Part shown: positions 62,460-64,000 of the stretch, in pieces | Numbering within the stretch: position 1 is the stretch's first letter | How the letters are laid out: each line of letters opens with the position of its first letter | Source: Ruditapes philippinarum | Taxonomy: Eukaryota | Assembly: GCF_026571515.1 (NCBI RefSeq) | Contig: NW_026864070.1 | Coordinates: forward strand, 62,001-126,000 | DNA: 64,000 nt | Direction of reading: 5' to 3' | The notes under the pieces: model-generated | The model's input: the letters and a program-made list of their open reading frames with translations, nothing else | What the model was told of the DNA's origin: nothing | The model's database searches: none | Translations under genes and position numbers: made by a program

Positions 62460-64000
62460 ACCCAATTTTTGCCAAAGGGTAACTTTATTTTTTGCATTTC
62501 GATTAAAACAAATTTTATTCCTTTGGCAATATAAACATCACCAATATCATTTTCATTGTTTTTTTAATCAAAATTTATATTATCCAGATACGACATAATA
62601 ACGTTGATTCTAATATTAGCTTTTTGACTTTTAATTGCATCTGTATGATAAAAAGCATAACAATATCCTGGAATTGATACAAATAATACATTAGAAATAT
62701 TTCAAGCGACCAACCTCACTATTTTATTTGAATGTGAGAGATGACCTATCTGTTTAAGTGATTAGAAATGATTTGTTACAAATAATTATAAATAGGACTA
62801 CAAAAGGCAGATGTCTATATATATATATATTATTCATTACAGGTAAAAGAGACGAAGAGGAATTAACAAGCCACGGAAAATCTCAAACGACAATACGAAA
62901 ACGGCCACATATTAACAAAATTTCAGTATTAATCCAAATAAGACATGACGGTAAAATATTACATATTGGCCATATTCAACAAAAGTATCAGACGAAAATA
63001 AAGACTTATGTACTGAAGTATCTACTACAAAAGAAAAATGTGTTAGAGAAACAAATCGTGTCAGACATTGTATTGTTATTGTATATGGTGACAAGGTGCT
63101 ATATATAAGGTTACAAAGAATTCTAAAGAACGTCCAAAACGGTAAAATTTAAAAAATATTGCAAGGTCAAAACAGTTTGACTGAGCATGTTCATGGACAG
63201 AACTGGAAAACGTTTGTATGAATGCTTTATAGTAGCAATATACCTGCAGAATACTAAGCTGAACCATAAAACATACTTTTCCCTGCTTCTTAAGATATAA
63301 GAACAATATTAATTGTAACTTCTTATTATCAATTTTCTGAAGATATTTTATTACATGTAATAAAATGATATAATAGAATATCTCAAAAGTAAAAGTAATG
63401 TTTTCAGTCTCATTACTTGTTTTATATAAATTTATTAACAATATAGAAAAGCACCGTAAGTAAAGTTAGATGAGCACTATAAATTGTTTAATATCTATAC
63501 GGTGTATCTATAATTAGGAAATGTTATCAAATCCTTTATATGCAGAAATTGTTTGACTATTTTATATTTCATCAGTGTTAAAATATTAACAAAGTTGTCA
63601 AAATAAATTATGATGCTATTTAACCATTGAGGGACCTGCAAACGTTTTGTTTTCTTTGAAAGGTATCTAAATGTGTTAAATTTCTTTTAATACAAACTTA
63701 AACCTTTACACCAGGCAATGCAAATAATAATAATAATAATGCAAATAATATTTGTCACTTATCAATGTCACATATTTTGAATTCTCGACATAGGTGATTC
63801 TTAAAATAGCATTAATCTTTTAAAATATATAAAAGGTTAATAGCATTTATATTTACTGACGTCAGTAAAACTAGCAATACTCTATAAATAACATGATAAC
63901 TACCTGACAATGCAAGTCTCTAATGATACAACGGTACTCGACGATCATGTAAATGGGATACATGTCGTAATAGGCTAGATTACAATTGAACATCAACTTC

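Noticed and set aside
62500-64000. ORFs 62758-63108 and 63076-63441
   Set aside because: AT-rich low-information translations with no motif or splice support.

Overview
AT-rich eukaryotic (invertebrate animal) DNA, probably from a bivalve mollusc, judging by the repeat content: a Naiad-type Penelope-like RT, tRNA-derived SINEs, palindromic MITEs and Helentron/HINE-like arrays. About 55 kb is a higher-order tandem duplication of a ~27 kb unit, X-A-B-C-X-A'-B'-C'-X. It holds six plus-strand paralogues of an intron-containing gene for a secreted LRR-only protein (signal peptide, LRRNT, about 12-16 LRRs, LRRCT; no TM, TIR or GPI tail). The paralogues differ in LRR number through frame-preserving loss of whole modules: a 216-nt three-LRR exon is lost in two different ways, and exactly one 72-nt LRR is deleted inside exon 3. 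By eye, substitutions cluster at the solvent-exposed beta-strand positions while the LRRCT is almost invariant. The 3' ends of the A and B lineages have been reciprocally swapped. This pattern resembles a germline-diversified, VLR-like family of soluble recognition proteins. A, B and B' look intact, C and C' carry frameshifts that may be assembly errors, and A' is a pseudogene. Orphan exons of two CRAL-TRIO (alpha-TTP/clavesin-like) genes, mostly missed by the ORF track, lie between the LRR genes. A disrupted four-exon CAP/SCP (CRISP/PI16/GLIPR-like) gene lies at 59.7-62.5 kb. All comparisons were made by eye; no alignments or database searches were run.
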